Positions 12,495 to 25,682 of a stretch of 64,000 bases of DNA are shown here, piece after piece. The DNA comes from Octopus sinensis. Taxonomy: Eukaryota. Position 1 is the first letter of the stretch; each line of letters begins with the position of its first letter. The notes beneath the pieces are model-generated. The model had not been told where the DNA came from. It did not search any database and saw only the letters and a list, made by a program, of their open reading frames with translations. The DNA lies in contig NW_021833226.1 in the NCBI RefSeq assembly GCF_006345805.1, positions 1 to 64,000 of the forward strand. Direction: 5' to 3'. The position numbers and the translations under genes are program-made.

Positions 12495-13476
12495 ACCACA
12501 CTGTGGTATCTATTGACAGTCAATTGGCCTGGGATTGTTGATGGCGAAGTGTTTTGGTTAAAGACTCAGTACAGTGAACTACACCATATATTAATACTTT
12601 ATGACCCAGTGCACCAAACAGGTAACTTACCGCATCGATTGGTTAATTCTCCGCACTAATTGGGTGATTGATCGAACTGAAGGTTGAAACAACCGATTAA
12701 AATCCTCTTTGTTGGAAGAAGTGGTTCTATATGCACACTATCAAAGAATTAAAGAAAGAAAAAAGGTGGATCGCTTGCCTGTTTTACTGAAGACTTTTCA
12801 ATCAAGTCTCATAAGGGACTGAACGGATCTTTTCATTTTGAAGGCCAGATTTTTCAGATTTTTCTAGTTAACTAAATAATTTGAAACTTCGTATACTGGA
12901 CCGAACAACAAAAAGGCGAGATGGTGACGGATGGAATGTCTTTGGCCATGCTTCTGCTCAATCAGTGCCCACCTGTGTCTAAACATGTAAGCTGCTCTAA
13001 CGACTGTGTCATGTGGAGCAGACTACACCGTAGTAATAGAATTATCTTAAGAAGCGGCGGGTCGACATGAAAGATAACTGAGGCTACGGTCTTAGTTGCA
13101 GCAAAGCCGTAAAAATATACAGCAAACATATAAATGCCGCCCACACAGACACAATCACACACAGACACAGATACAGACAGACAGACACACACACACGAAC
13201 ATAAAACACACACAAAAACACACACACACACGCCTATACTTACAGATAAATACGCTCAACACACACATACACATAGATACGTAACAGACACGCGCTAGCA
13301 CATACTGAACGAGAGAAGAGAAAAGAGAAAGGCTTATTAAGAAGTCAGATAAAAGATTTCCGTTGAACATCAAAGATGGCCGCCAACACGGTGTTACATT
13401 TCACAACTTTGTTTATTAGACTCTTCAGTTGGTAATACTATCGGTTTAACTGAATTTATTTATCTCCATCCACCCC

Positions 13477-13504
13477 CTACCTACCTACCTACCTACCTAC
13501 CTAT

Positions 13505-13603
<99 letters not shown>

Positions 13604-13608
13604 CCTAC

Positions 13609-13704
<96 letters not shown>

Positions 13705-13710
13705 CTATCT
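13477..13710. repeat. (CTAC)n(CTAT)n microsatellite
   Basis: Direct reading. Confidence 0.95.
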
Positions 13711-13737
13711 AGCTATCAAACGAATATATATATATAT

Positions 13738-14580
13738 TAATAATAATAATGATGATGATGATAATTTATTTGCCACCTGGGCGAAGGATAAGGGTAATAC
13801 AAAGACAGATATAAAGTGTGGGGTTTTACATAAGATGGAATGATTATAAAAATAAAACATTAGAAGGGAAATATACATCGCATACAAGACTGGAAAAAAA
13901 GTCATAGTTATGGGGTCCCCCTGTTACAGGAGGACCTCTAGGGATAATCGAGGAACCCTACCATCCAAGATATCCTGAATACCGAGGACAAGTGCCCTCT
14001 CCAACTCCTTTCTTCCGACTCACATGTTTACATTGAAGAGTGGTACCATCCACTCTCGCCATTTTCGCAACTTCCACTAGTAATAAAGCGTGAGACGTTC
14101 CCAACAATGTTTCAAGACATCTGAAGAAATCTGGCGTCCCAGCCCCTGTTGGGACATAAACGGCCACCAGTCTAAAGACGCCACCTTCACTGCCAGAACC
14201 ACCATCCGGGTCCAGGAAGATAGCCGTACTTAGAGATCTAAGGATTTCCGGAGTAGGACTGCTACACCGGCAACCGCGCCCGATAGACCACAAGATGAAA
14301 ATAACTCGTAGTCATCGAAAATGGATGCTAGAGCGTGTTTTCTGGAGAGGCTTGTTTCACTAATAGCAGCCATATCTAACTCAAGCGACCTGATATCATT
14401 GAGCAAGTGACCTTGCTTCCAAGCTGATTCCAGGCCACGCACATTCACACACTCCATTCGCAGCACAGTCATGCTAGTCGGAGAGAGAAAAAGAGGTGGT
14501 TGCTTACCTTGATTTTCGAGAAGCCCGGAAACTCCGGGCCTCTCTACTGGCGAAAATTTTTTAAAAGGTCCTTCCAACAG
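13738..14580 (-). mobile_element. Internally deleted L1/Tx1-clade LINE (APE endonuclease N-terminus joined to the 3' end)
   Basis: ORFs 14230-14577 (CVNVRGL...AAISET...GVAVLLRKSL) and 13958-14293 (FRLVAVYVPT...FF..LETLL...LLLV) carry APE motifs; AATAAA at 13765-13770 on the minus strand is followed by an (ATC)/(ATT) tail. Confidence 0.8.
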
Positions 14581-14774
14581 CCTTTTATCAACTGATTTAA
14601 AAAATAAACTACACGGAATATTTGTCTTATTGTTTTTATAAATGTCTGGCGACGTTTTTCATTAAAAGTCTGTCGTTAGAGGATTTGAGTACGAGGTCCT
14701 CAAATTCCTTTCCTTCCGTCTCTATTTTGTTTTTGACTTACAAATATGGAACTTGATCTCAGAGCATGAAGACG

Positions 14775-15011
14775 GACGAAATACCTATTTCTTTACAAGG
14801 GGCTAAACACAGAGGGGACAAACAAGGACAGACAAACAGATTAAGTCGATTACATCGACCCCAGTACGTAACTGGTACTTAATTTAATCGACCCCGAAAG
14901 GATAAAAGGCAAAGTCGACCTCGGCGGAATTTGAACTCGGAACGTAGCGGCAGACGAAATACCGCTAAGCATTTCGCCCGGCGTGCTAACGTTTCTGCTA
15001 GCTTGCCGCCT
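14775..15011 (-). mobile_element. S2 SINE with a short start of a second unit
   Basis: Head, body and tail are followed by GGTATTTCGTC (junction at 14784-14785). Confidence 0.88.
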
Positions 15012-15679
15012 GGTACTTATTCTATTTGTCTCTTTAGCCAATAAGTTACAGGGACATAAACAAACCAACACTGGTTGTCAAGAAATGGTGGGGTACAAAC
15101 AAACAAACACATACACAACGAAAGATTGCCCACAATGTTTCTGTCTGCCAAATTTACTCACGAGGCATTGGTTGGTTTGAGGGTTACACGGTGGAAGACT
15201 CCTGATCAAAGTGCTGTACGGTGAGATTGAACTCAAAACTACATGGTTGCTAACGTTTCTGCCAGCTCGCCGCCTTAACAACGAGGACGACAGCAGTAGC
15301 AGCAGGAGCAGCAGGAAGGGGAGGAGGAGGAGGAACAACTGCTTTGTCATCTTAACCCTCACCTTCTACTGTACTTATACAAAAATGTCATTCCTCAAAG
15401 ACAGTCTTGTTCGCCCTTTAACTAATAATGAAAAAAGAAAAACAAAATGGAAGACCTGGACCGTTGTTTTAGTCTGTTGCACCCTGCACTGGTTCCCCCC
15501 AGACGTTATTACATTGATCTGGTGATGTTTCTTTGTTTGCTCGACCTGCCCCCTGGCGAGTGTCTTTCTGCGTGTGAGCTGCTCTTACATCATGCGCCGC
15601 CCCGCCCCGCCCCCTTTTTATTACATAATACTAAACCCCCCGGAGAAACTGGCGGTCGTTCTGGTAATTATAGGTGTGA

Positions 15680-16032
15680 CGGTGGCGATGGTGGCGGTGG
15701 TGATGGTGGTGGTGGTAGTGATAGCAGTAGTGATGGTCATGGTGGTGGTGGTGGTTGTGGTAGATAAATTAAGTAACAGTTTGAGGTGATAGTGGTGGTG
15801 GTAGTGATGGTGGTGGTGGTGGTGGTGGTGATGGTGATGGTGGTGGTGGCGATGATGGTGGTGGTGGTGGTGATAGTGGTGGTGGTAGTGATGGCGGTGG
15901 TGATGGTGGTGATGGTGGTGATGGTGGCTGTGGTAATAATGGTGATAGCGGTGGCGATGGTGATGATGGTGGTGGTGGTGGTGGTTGTGGTGATGGTGGT
16001 GGTGGTTGTGGTTGTGGTGGTGGTGGTGGTGA
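15680..16032. repeat. Degenerate (GGT)n array
   Basis: Direct reading. Confidence 0.95.
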
Positions 16033-16312
16033 TCAAAGTAGTCTGGAGGTGATTTTACTGGTGGCTGGAATTGTTTATACTATTTAGTAATGGTTGTAGT
16101 AGTGGGAATGTATATATAAGCGACGTGTGGTGAGAATTTGTTGTATAAGAATGGTTTTGCAGTGGTAAATCCATGTTGTGATGTAGTGTAGTAGTCATTA
16201 ACGGTGCATCCTGAGAGTTAAGGATTTCGTTTCACAAAAATTAAGAGGTCCTCGGTTCTTTTCCATAGCGTAGCACCTTTGATAATTATTTACTACCTTA
16301 TCCTCGTATGAA

Positions 16313-16667
16313 GGAGTGGAGGCGCGTGGCTCAGTGGTTAGAGCGTCGAGCTTACGATCGTGAGGTTGTGAGCTCGAATCCCGGACCGGGCTGCGTGTTG
16401 TGTTCTTGAGCAAGACACTTTATTTCACGTTGCTCCAGTTCACTCAGCTGTAGAAATGAGTTGCGACGTCACAGGTGCCAAGCTGTATCGGCCCCTTTGC
16501 CTTTCCCTTGGATAACATCAGTGGCGTGGAGAGGGGAGGCCGGTATGCATGGGCGACTACTGGTCTTCCAATAAAACGACCTTGCCCAGACTTGTGTCTC
16601 AGAGAGTAACTCTCTAGGTGCAAACCCATGGTCAGTGTCTGACCGAAGGGGGTCACTATGTACTATG
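16313..16667 (+). mobile_element. CORE-type tRNA-derived SINE (family S4)
   Basis: A-box TGGCTCAGTGG, B-box GCTCGAATCC, CORE-like GTTCTTGAGCAAGACACTTTA; 14-bp TSD TATCCTCGTATGAA at 16299-16312 and 16668-16681. Degenerate relatives at about 16735-16870, 32095-32180 and 59060-59180. Confidence 0.92.
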
Positions 16668-16909
16668 TATCCTCGTATGAAATCTGTACAGTGGAGTTTG
16701 CGGAATATTCAGCCGCTAAAACCACAATAACATGTAGAGGCGCATGGCTTTGTGTTTAGTGTGTTGGACTCATGGATCGTAAGATTTCAGTTTCGATTCA
16801 TAGACCGGGCGACGCATTGTATTCTTGAGCAAAACACTTCGTTTTGCGTGGCTCCAGTTCACTCAGACGGCAAAATCCTGCGATCGGCCAGCATCCCGTC
16901 CATAAATAT

Positions 16910-17365
16910 TCTTTTATTCTTTTGCTTGTTTCCGTCATTTGACTGCGGCCATGCTGGAGCAGCGTTTTTAGTCGAAAGAATCGATCCAATGACTTATTCT
17001 TTGTAAGCCTAGTACTTATTCTATCGGTCTCTTTTGCCGAACCGCTAAATTACGGTGACGTAAAGGCACCACCATCGGTGGTCAAGCGATGTTGGGGGGT
17101 CAAACACAGACATACAAACATATACACACACTTACACAAACACACACACACACACACACACACACATATTTATTTATATATATATATGTATGTATATGTA
17201 TACATATACATATATACGACAGGCTTCTTTCAGTTTTCGTCTACTAAATCCACAAACAAGGCTTTGGTCGGCCCGAGGCTATAGTAGAAGACACTTGCCC
17301 AAGGTGCCATGCAGTGGGAATGAACCCGGGACGATTTGGTTGGTAAAGCAAGCTACTTTCCACAT
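16910..17365 (-). mobile_element. S1 SINE
   Basis: Homologous to 2246-2696. Confidence 0.88.
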
Positions 17366-18577
17366 GCATATATACATACATATATACATACATATATGTA
17401 CATACTTACATATATCTGTATATACATATATACATATATAGGTACAGGACGTCATGAAACGTAAACAACATGAAATACGAAAACAACATGGATTACGAAA
17501 TACACACACGCATACACACCTACACCCTCTGTCTAACTGTCTGTCTGTCTGTCTGTCTCTATCTCTCTCTCTCTCTCTCTGTCTCACACGCACACACACA
17601 CACACTACGTACAAAAGTTAATTATTATATGGAAAATTTCAGGCAAAATACACAAGTTTGAGGCGGATGTGTCAGACGACGGTGCTACAGCACTTTATGT
17701 GCCACATATGATGGGCAAGAAGGTGTGTCACAAGAAATGAAGGCGTGTCGGAAAATGGTAGGTAATTGAGAATGCCTGAGTGGATTGAAAAAGGGGATTG
17801 AAACCATTGGTCTAAAGCAGGATGAGCAACTTCACAGTTTTCCAATAGATAGTAGACGTATGAATGAAGAATTGCAGCTTTGCGATAAATTTATCAAGCG
17901 AGATATTTTGTCATTTTTCTGTCAACAACTCATTTAAGTGGTTAAAAAGGTTCGATATAGCTGAATCATTGAGGAAAATATTTGGAAATATTAGTTCTAT
18001 GCTACTTTCATCCAAATAATTGGCTCTATTGTCTTCAGAAAATATCGAATTTTTCTAATATGCTTTTCTATTCTTTCTTTTCAGCAGACGATTCAGCCAT
18101 GATGTGGCAGTGGTGGTGGTGGTGAGAGAAATGTCGGCGAAGTCACAAATAAATTCAGCTTGGAAGGCGTCAAGAGTTTGAAGTAGGTAGTGAAAGGTGT
18201 TTAGAGTAGAGGTGAAGTGTTAGTTTTGGTCTTGTCCGTTCTAATTAATTTCCAGTCGACATGTCTCGGACAGTGGTCAATGAAACAGCCAGATTTACTC
18301 GGTGTCTAAGATACTCCGATATATTGACAACATGGCGCCGAAGCTTGTTGAAAGAGTGATGGATTGGTTATCGGGAATTCCATTGTCTAATATTTCACTG
18401 TCGTAGATAAATGGATTAAGTTGGATGGGCGTGCGGAGTGGAAAGAGATAGGGAAGATAACATAAATGAAAATAAATGGAGGATGAAACGACGGACTATT
18501 TTGTATAGACGTAGTTTTGTATAACTCTGCTCTGCGTGCTTAGATGTTGTCTTTAAATGCATATGTGTGCATGTATG

Positions 18578-18632
<55 letters not shown>

Positions 18633-18857
18633 CTTTTGGAGAAGAAAGATGAGTGGAAGAATGTAAATAGAAAAGAGTGGGAAATCTTGAAAGAGAAAAA
18701 GAAAGAAAATGATTGAGGAGAGCGAGAGGAGGGGAGGGATTAAACTACAAAGTTAATTAAAAATCCCCAAAGGATGAGCGACAGACAATAATATGTGTAT
18801 GTAATGTACGCGTGTACGTATCTATGTATGCATGAATGCGTGTGTGCATGTGTGTGA

Positions 18858-18927
<70 letters not shown>

Positions 18928-19204
18928 ATGTATGTGTGAATATGTGTCCGCATGTGTATAGCATGTAGTCTGTTAAGGGCCGTAAGGACTTGGAAACCAC
19001 CGCACTAAGAAGTGGAGGAATTTCAAAAGTCAGGGGTAAGAGAGGGCTTATAACGTTTAGGGTCCAAAGAGTAACAAGGGGATGATCACTGTGTAAAAAC
19101 AGTAGGGTTGGTATGTCATGGACAGGGGATACAGTGGAATGAGGCACTTTGAGCAACCGAGAAGGAGCTCTGGAGTCCTGACAGGGAAACTTGTTTCTCC
19201 TTCT

Positions 19205-19915
19205 GTGTGCTGTCACTGACCCCTGGTCAACCCTAAATAACCATAAAATCTACAAGCAACAGTGTGGAGGAACCTTTGGCATCCCGAACCACGTTGAGGT
19301 AGGATGTTTTAGGTTACAAGGAAAAGGCTGACACAAGCAGGGGAACGATAAGGTCGTTATAGAGATCACCGATGGACACACATGCGGAGAGTAAAGATCA
19401 ACAAGGAAGAGGCATCATTGCCCGGCGGTACCACATTTCTAAGGGAAGGTGTTAAGGCCCCTCAGGGAGGTATGGAAACACATTTTTCTATTTTGTATCA
19501 TGCCTCAGATTTAAGAGATGCAAGTGGAACCGAAGAAAAGACTCATCTTTACAGAAGAATTAGTAGTAATATTGCTCTGGCCAGATATTGATCTTCCCTC
19601 CAAGAACACAAAATCGACCATCGAGGCTGAACTCATAATGAGCAGAGATGACAGACTTAACGTTTCTCATCAGTTGAAGAATGCCAAACAATAGGACTTA
19701 GTTGATGAAGCTCTTGTCAAAGGATGGCATTCACTCCTATTCTTCACTGAAGTGGTTACCGCGGTTCCCAAGCGATATCAGATCACTATTTCTTGCAGAA
19801 GATTGTTTTGAAACCAAACCAACTATAAAAAAATAAAAGACAACAGGGTGATAACCATAGCAGCTGAGACCAGTTCGAACTGGTTCTGGTTGACAAGATA
19901 CTGCAGCTGGAAACC
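19205..19915 (+). pseudogene. Degenerate C-terminus of an RLE-type non-LTR retrotransposon, HERO-like
   Basis: Across frameshifts: decayed CCHC/RHD region, TFLREG, LWPDID...AEL......SHQLKNAK..LVDEALVKGW...FTEV.YRG...AAETSSNWFW, resembling RPDIV..IELTVPW..HERKxAKY..GW..PVEVGCRG..AAERASxWLW. Confidence 0.65.
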
Positions 19916-19955
19916 TTCATGAGGTGAAGGCTAATTTAGTCTCCGTGGTTACACT

Positions 19956-20372
19956 CTTATTTCTTTACCGCCCACAAGGGGCAAAACACAGAGCGGACAA
20001 ACAAGGACAGACAAACGGATTAAGTCGATTACATCGACCCCAGTGCGTAACTGGTACTTATTTAATCGACCTCGAAAAGATGAAAGGCAAAGTCGACCTC
20101 GGCGGAATTTGAACTCAGAACGTAACGGCAGACGAAATACCTATTTCTTTATTACCCACAAGGGGCTAAACACAGAGGGGACAAACAAGGACAGATATAG
20201 GTATTAAGTCGATTACATCGACTCCAGTGCGTAACTGGTACTTATTTAATCGACCTCGAAAGGATGAAAGGCAAAGTCGACCTCGGCGGAATTTGAACTC
20301 AGAACGTAGAGGCAGACGAAATACCGCCAAGCATTTGGCCCGGTGTGCTAACGTTTCTACCAGCTAGCCGCA
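19956..20372 (-). mobile_element. S2 SINE dimer (one head plus two units) inside one TSD
   Basis: Junction at 20140-20141; 11-bp TSD GTGGTTACACT at 19945-19955 and 20373-20383. Confidence 0.92.
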
Positions 20373-21114
20373 GTGGTTACACTAAAGGAAAAAATTCTTG
20401 TGATCTGGAGATGCCTGCTTGAAAGTGAATTCCTCGAATGCAAAAGGTGTAATCAGCGCCAGGAGAGGAGCTTGAAACATAATTCAGTAGCTCTTGCAGT
20501 TCTTGTTTGGGGCAAAGCATCTCTGGTGTTTATTTTACGCGCACGCACACGTACACACATGTATGTATATATATATATGTATGTCAGCCTTCACACAGTA
20601 TTGAGCTTCATATGGATAAGCTCTTCAGAGTATATTATTGCAGTAGATGGATAAATGGTGAAATGTGTGAGGTCGAGAGTGACGAGGGAAGTTTGAGAGT
20701 TACTGACGTAGAAGTTTCCTAATTAATTTGGCTGTTGTGCGCATGCTCACATGTCAGAAATAAGAAGCTGCACGCTAGGGAGAGAGAGCACTGTTGTTCA
20801 CATAGTACCGACCCTGGTTTGCTGGTGAAAGTTAGTGTTTCGTTTTGACTCTGCGAGAGTTGTGCTTAAAAACGGGTTTATACTCTTGAGTGTGATAAAG
20901 TGTAGAATTAGATTGTTATCCTGCTTCTAGCTACAGTGTTACTGCCAGGATTTAAAAAACAGGGCAGATTCCCCACCTTATTTTGTGATTTAGGTGGGGG
21001 GGATTTTTGAAAAACAAGGGGGAATTCGCGGCGGTGTTCAGTGAACAAATTAAACACACCCTGTTTAAAACGCGAACCGATCAAGTTTACGTATAAATTT
21101 TCTTTTTATATTTC

Positions 21115-21484
21115 TTTAATTTGTTTCAGGCATTTGACTGCGGCCATGCTGGAGCACCACCTTTAGTCGAGCAAATCGACCTCAGGACTTATTTTTTGTA
21201 AGCCTAGTACTTATTCTATCGGCCTCTCTTGCCGAACCGCTAGATGACGAGGATATAAACACACCAGCATCGGTTGTCAAGCGATGTTAGAGGGACAAAC
21301 ACAGACACACAAACATATACATACATACATACGTCGGGCTTCTTTCAGTTTCCATCTACCAAATCCACTCACAAGGCTTTGGTCGGCTATAGAAGACACT
21401 TGCCCAAGGTGCCACACAGTGGGACTGAACCCGGAACCATGTAGTTGGTAAGCAAGCTACTTACCACACAGTCACACCTGCGCC
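21115..21484 (-). mobile_element. S1 SINE
   Basis: Homologous to 2246-2696 with a short internal repeat. Confidence 0.88.
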
Positions 21485-21783
21485 TATATTTGTTCATTTC
21501 CTTTTACACAATATTAAAACAACGGCTAAACATTTTCTGAAGCAGCATCCCAACTAATTTTATCTTCGAGCCGCCAATACATGTTTGTGAAGTGCTCAAC
21601 CAATTGCACGTTAATTTCACGAGTAAGCTGTTCTGATGATCGGGATCAACTGGAACCCGCGTCGTCGTAACCGACGGTGTGCTTGTTTTATTTATATTTG
21701 TTCCCATTTGCCCTTTCACATCATGTAAATTCGTCAATAAATCAATGTCACAATTCACTGTAATATTAAGTATTTTCATATTA

Positions 21784-22299
21784 CCGTAAATCCTCGAGTA
21801 TAGTCCGACCTTGAGTATAATACGCAGGGGATTTTTAGGGGTCTGTACCTCTGAAAAACCTAAATCTTGTATATAATACACACCCCTTCTCTAAATTGAG
21901 TCAAGGAGGTCTATATAACATCCTTGGTTTGTGAAAATGTATACAGTAACGTCCTTTATTATTATTATTGTATATCTAACATAATGCAAACGTGTAGCTT
22001 TTTTGTGCATTTTGTCTGCAGAAAATAAAGAAATAACAGTAATAACGTTTAATAAATGTTGCTTATTGCAAGTTATGGATGATTCTTTTATGACTTCATT
22101 GCTTTCAGGCTTAGCTTAAGGTATTTTCGTGTCTGACATCACAAAATGCGTTTGAATAAACATTGCCGGACAGCAAATAGAGACTCGGACATTGCTTAGA
22201 AAATATTTTCATTTTTAACCTCGTATATAGAATGCACTAGGGATTTTGACCATTAAATTTTGGGGAAAAAAAGTGCGGATTATACTCGAGGATTTACGG
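21784..22299 (+). mobile_element. M2 MITE, complete
   Basis: TA|CCGTAAATCCTCGAGTATA...TATACTCGAGGATTTACGG|TA. Confidence 0.9.
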
Positions 22300-22333
22300 T
22301 AAATGTGAAGAAGGTTTTTCACATAGAATTGTG

Positions 22334-24109
22334 GGTTTATCTGGTTTAACACCTGGCTACCTAAAAAAAGTGTAATAGGTGTAAAAAAATATGTAGTAAA
22401 TGAATCTGAAAACCAACATTTGTGCAAACGAACTACGGGGTGGGGAAGGAGCTTTTGGAAAATTCACACGATCCGATTTTTTCCCTCATAACTTTCAGGA
22501 AAATGGATATCTTTTAATGAGATTTTATATAAATACCTTTCACACGGCACAGATTACGATTACAAGGAAGTTCGCAGGGGAAATGTTTTCCGAAGGGATG
22601 AGGAGAGAATTTTGGGGAAATTCACACGATCCGATTTTTTCCTTCATAACTTTCGGGAAAATGGATATCTTTTGATGAAATTTTATACAAATACTTTTCA
22701 AACATCATAGATTACAATTATAAAGAAATCCGTGAGGAAGGGAGTTTCGGATCAGTAAGACCACATAAGTTCTTGTTTTTTTACTTCCCCATCCCACTTC
22801 CGGACTAATTTTGGCAAATTTTTTGCACTTAAAACAATGGGAGGAGCCTTTTCGGTAAAAAAAAAAAATATTGTAAAAATTTTCAGAATAAAAAATGTGA
22901 TTTAGGGGAGATTCGGCTGTCGTTTCTAGCACATCCCAAGACAACCCTCCTCGTTTCTGTCTTACTCTCGTATGTATTGATGCTTTTCAATATTTTTCTC
23001 CCCATGAACATATTTATGCTATAAAAAAATAAAAATTGATTATTTATGATTTTTTTTTCATAAAATATTGGAGAGCCTGAGGTCATTTCTGGCATTTATC
23101 CACAGTGATTTTTAAAAAAATAGGTATGTAAAATATAATTCATTTTAATAGCATACTTTTCTGCTCGAAAATATTCTTTTCCTTACTCACACGGATTCGC
23201 TTAATCAAGGTGTGAAATTTGAATTACCTATTTCTTTACTACCCACAAGGGGCTACACACAGAGGGGACAAACAAGGACAGACAAAGGTATTAAGTCGAT
23301 TATATCGACCCCAGTGCATAACTGGTACTTAATTTATCGACCCCGAAAGGATGAAAGGCGAAGTCGACCTTGGCGGAATTTGAACTCAGAACGTAACGGC
23401 AGACGAAATACGGCTACGCATTTCGCCCGGCGTGCTAACGTTTCTGCCAGCTCGCCGCCTTATATTTAAATTACCATTGCTTTGTTGATGCTTGTATCCC
23501 ACTAATTGAGCACTCGTGTGGTCCATTGGTACCATCATTAAGGGGGAGGGGAGTAGAAAAATAACCCCATTAATTTTCCAAAAGCGTTTTTTCATAATAA
23601 TATGCTCCCCATCATTTCGAAAACAATTGGAAAAATTCCCGTCAAAACGGGGAAATTTCAACTTATGTGGTCTTCTTGATCCGAAACTCTTCTCCCCACT
23701 CCCTCGGAAAAATTTTTTTCCCCACAAATTTCTTTATAATTGTAATCTGTAATGTTTGGAAAGTATTTGAATAAAATTTCATTGAATGATATCCATTTTC
23801 CTGAAAGTTATAAAGGAAAAAATGGGATCTTGTGGATTTTCCCCAAATTCTTTCCCCATCCCTTCGAAAAAATTTTCCACATAAATTTCTTTATAATCGT
23901 AATCTACGCCGTTTGAAAGGTATTTATATAAAAAAAATCATTAAAAATTATATCCATTTTCCTGAAAGTTATGAGGGGGAAAATCGGATCGTGTGAATTT
24001 TCCGAAAGTCCCCCCCCCCACCAGTTCGTTTGCACAAATGTTTATTTTCAGATTCGTTTACTACACATTTTTATGTTTTGGTGGCCAGGTGTTAAACTAG
24101 ATATTAACC
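22334..24109. mobile_element. Foldback-type non-autonomous DNA transposon with an 8-bp TSD (Merlin-like termini)
   Basis: GAATTGTG at 22326-22333 and 24110-24117; GG...CC ends; ~440-bp diverged inverted arms (22334-22770 and 23660-24109), each holding two subrepeats. Confidence 0.85.
23229..23463 (-). mobile_element. S2 SINE monomer nested in the foldback element
   Basis: TSD ATTT(G/A)AATTACC at 23217-23228 and 23464-23475. Confidence 0.9.
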
Positions 24110-24164
24110 GAATTGTGCTTCTTCTATTTGGCAGTACACGGAGGTAGAATTATTTCTAGATTGT

Positions 24165-24549
24165 CGTTGTTGCTGTTGTTGCTGTTGCTGTTGAGTGAAC
24201 GGTCTTCGTCCCAGAGCTCGCAAGATGGGAGAAGTTCGAAACGTGGTCCTTTGCTATTCGTAAGACCCGCAGAAGAGAAAGCAGGTCAACCCCCGACACC
24301 GAGAGCATCGACGGATGGATGAATGCGCATCCAGGCTCAGCGGTTGCGTAGTCGGGGGCAAGAAACAGGAAGAAAGAGTGAGAGAAAGTTGGGGTGAAAG
24401 AGTACAACAAGGGTCACCACCACCCAACCCCTGCCGGAGCCTCGTGGAGCTTTTAGGTGTTTTCGCTCAATAAACACACACAACGACCGGTCTGGGAATC
24501 GAAACCGCGAGTCCGCTGCCCTAACCACTGGGCCATTGCGCGCCTCCAC
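24165..24549 (-). mobile_element. S3 SINE with alternative 3' tail (type B) ending in (CAA/CAG)n
   Basis: 5' ~190 nt match 12106-12300; the remainder is unrelated to tail A. Confidence 0.85.
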
Positions 24550-25202
24550 TTGTTGCTGCTGGTGATGATAGTGAAGGTTATTAACATACTTTCCACTGTT
24601 GTCAATTCTGTTCCAGTTGTTGCTACCAGTGTTCACTTCTACCGTTATTTCTGTTACTGTTGTTATTATCAAACTGAAGAGGAGCTTAAATTCAGCTGAT
24701 TTACGATGAAAAACATTCCAGAGGCAACCTTCTCGTCATTTTTTTTTATAAAGAGTTGTACATAGAGTGTAATTGGAGGGAGATTTGGCTGCTATTTCTA
24801 GTTGGAAGACAAGTGGTCACTCAGAATCTCTCTTTTTTGGATTGCGTCTGATCTGGTCGTCGCAATTAACGCTTGCTGCTTAGTGTAAGAACGACGACTC
24901 TTGCAGAAATATTTTTTTGTTATACTTTAGTTATCTCCCTTGCATACAATGCTTCCTAGAGGTCGATTTTGACCGTGGATGCTGTTTTGACAGTCGATGA
25001 AGATGTCCGATGTGTGGTTAATACTAATTGAACGTTAATTATTATTATAGAGTCGATAAAATAAAGAACTAGCCAAGGACTGAGGTGGATTTAATCGACT
25101 AACCCCTGGAGCTTAAATCATCATCATCATCATCATGAAGGCGCGAGCTGGCACAATCGTTTGAGTATCGGACTAAATACCTTGCAGTAATCCTTCCAGT
25201 TC

Positions 25203-25682
25203 TATTATTATTATTATTATTGAGTGAGCGAGCAGAGCATGCCATCAAAGTGACACTGGGGTAAAATATACGAAGCCCAGTATACCCATCATGACTACTC
25301 ATCTGATAAGGGTACACCAGGCACATGCATCACAACCATATGTGCGCAACACGGTGATCTCATATCAAGATAAACAGCACATGACCTTGCAAGTGGGGCC
25401 CAGTTAGAATTTTCTTCTGGTCGAGTAACCCATCCCGCTCAAAAGGTCCCTGAATAAGGGTTGTTTAAGGACGTTGAACAAAACACCCATGTTTCCAGAG
25501 GTGAATTATTCAAACCTCAAAGAATCCCTCTCAACACATGGCTATGGTGTTCCCTCGCTACTTCTGCTCGTGATCAGAGATGCACATATCGTCAGCCACT
25601 AAGGGACATGCTCAGTTGGTTAAGGTCAAACAACTGACAAGCAAATCTGTGGTATTGAGCAGAATATTTGCTGTAGCCCATC

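Noticed and set aside
13373-13384. YY1-like motifs (also 18328, 29208) and an NRF1-like GCGCATGCGC at 51401
   Set aside because: Isolated short motifs with no associated gene or promoter evidence.
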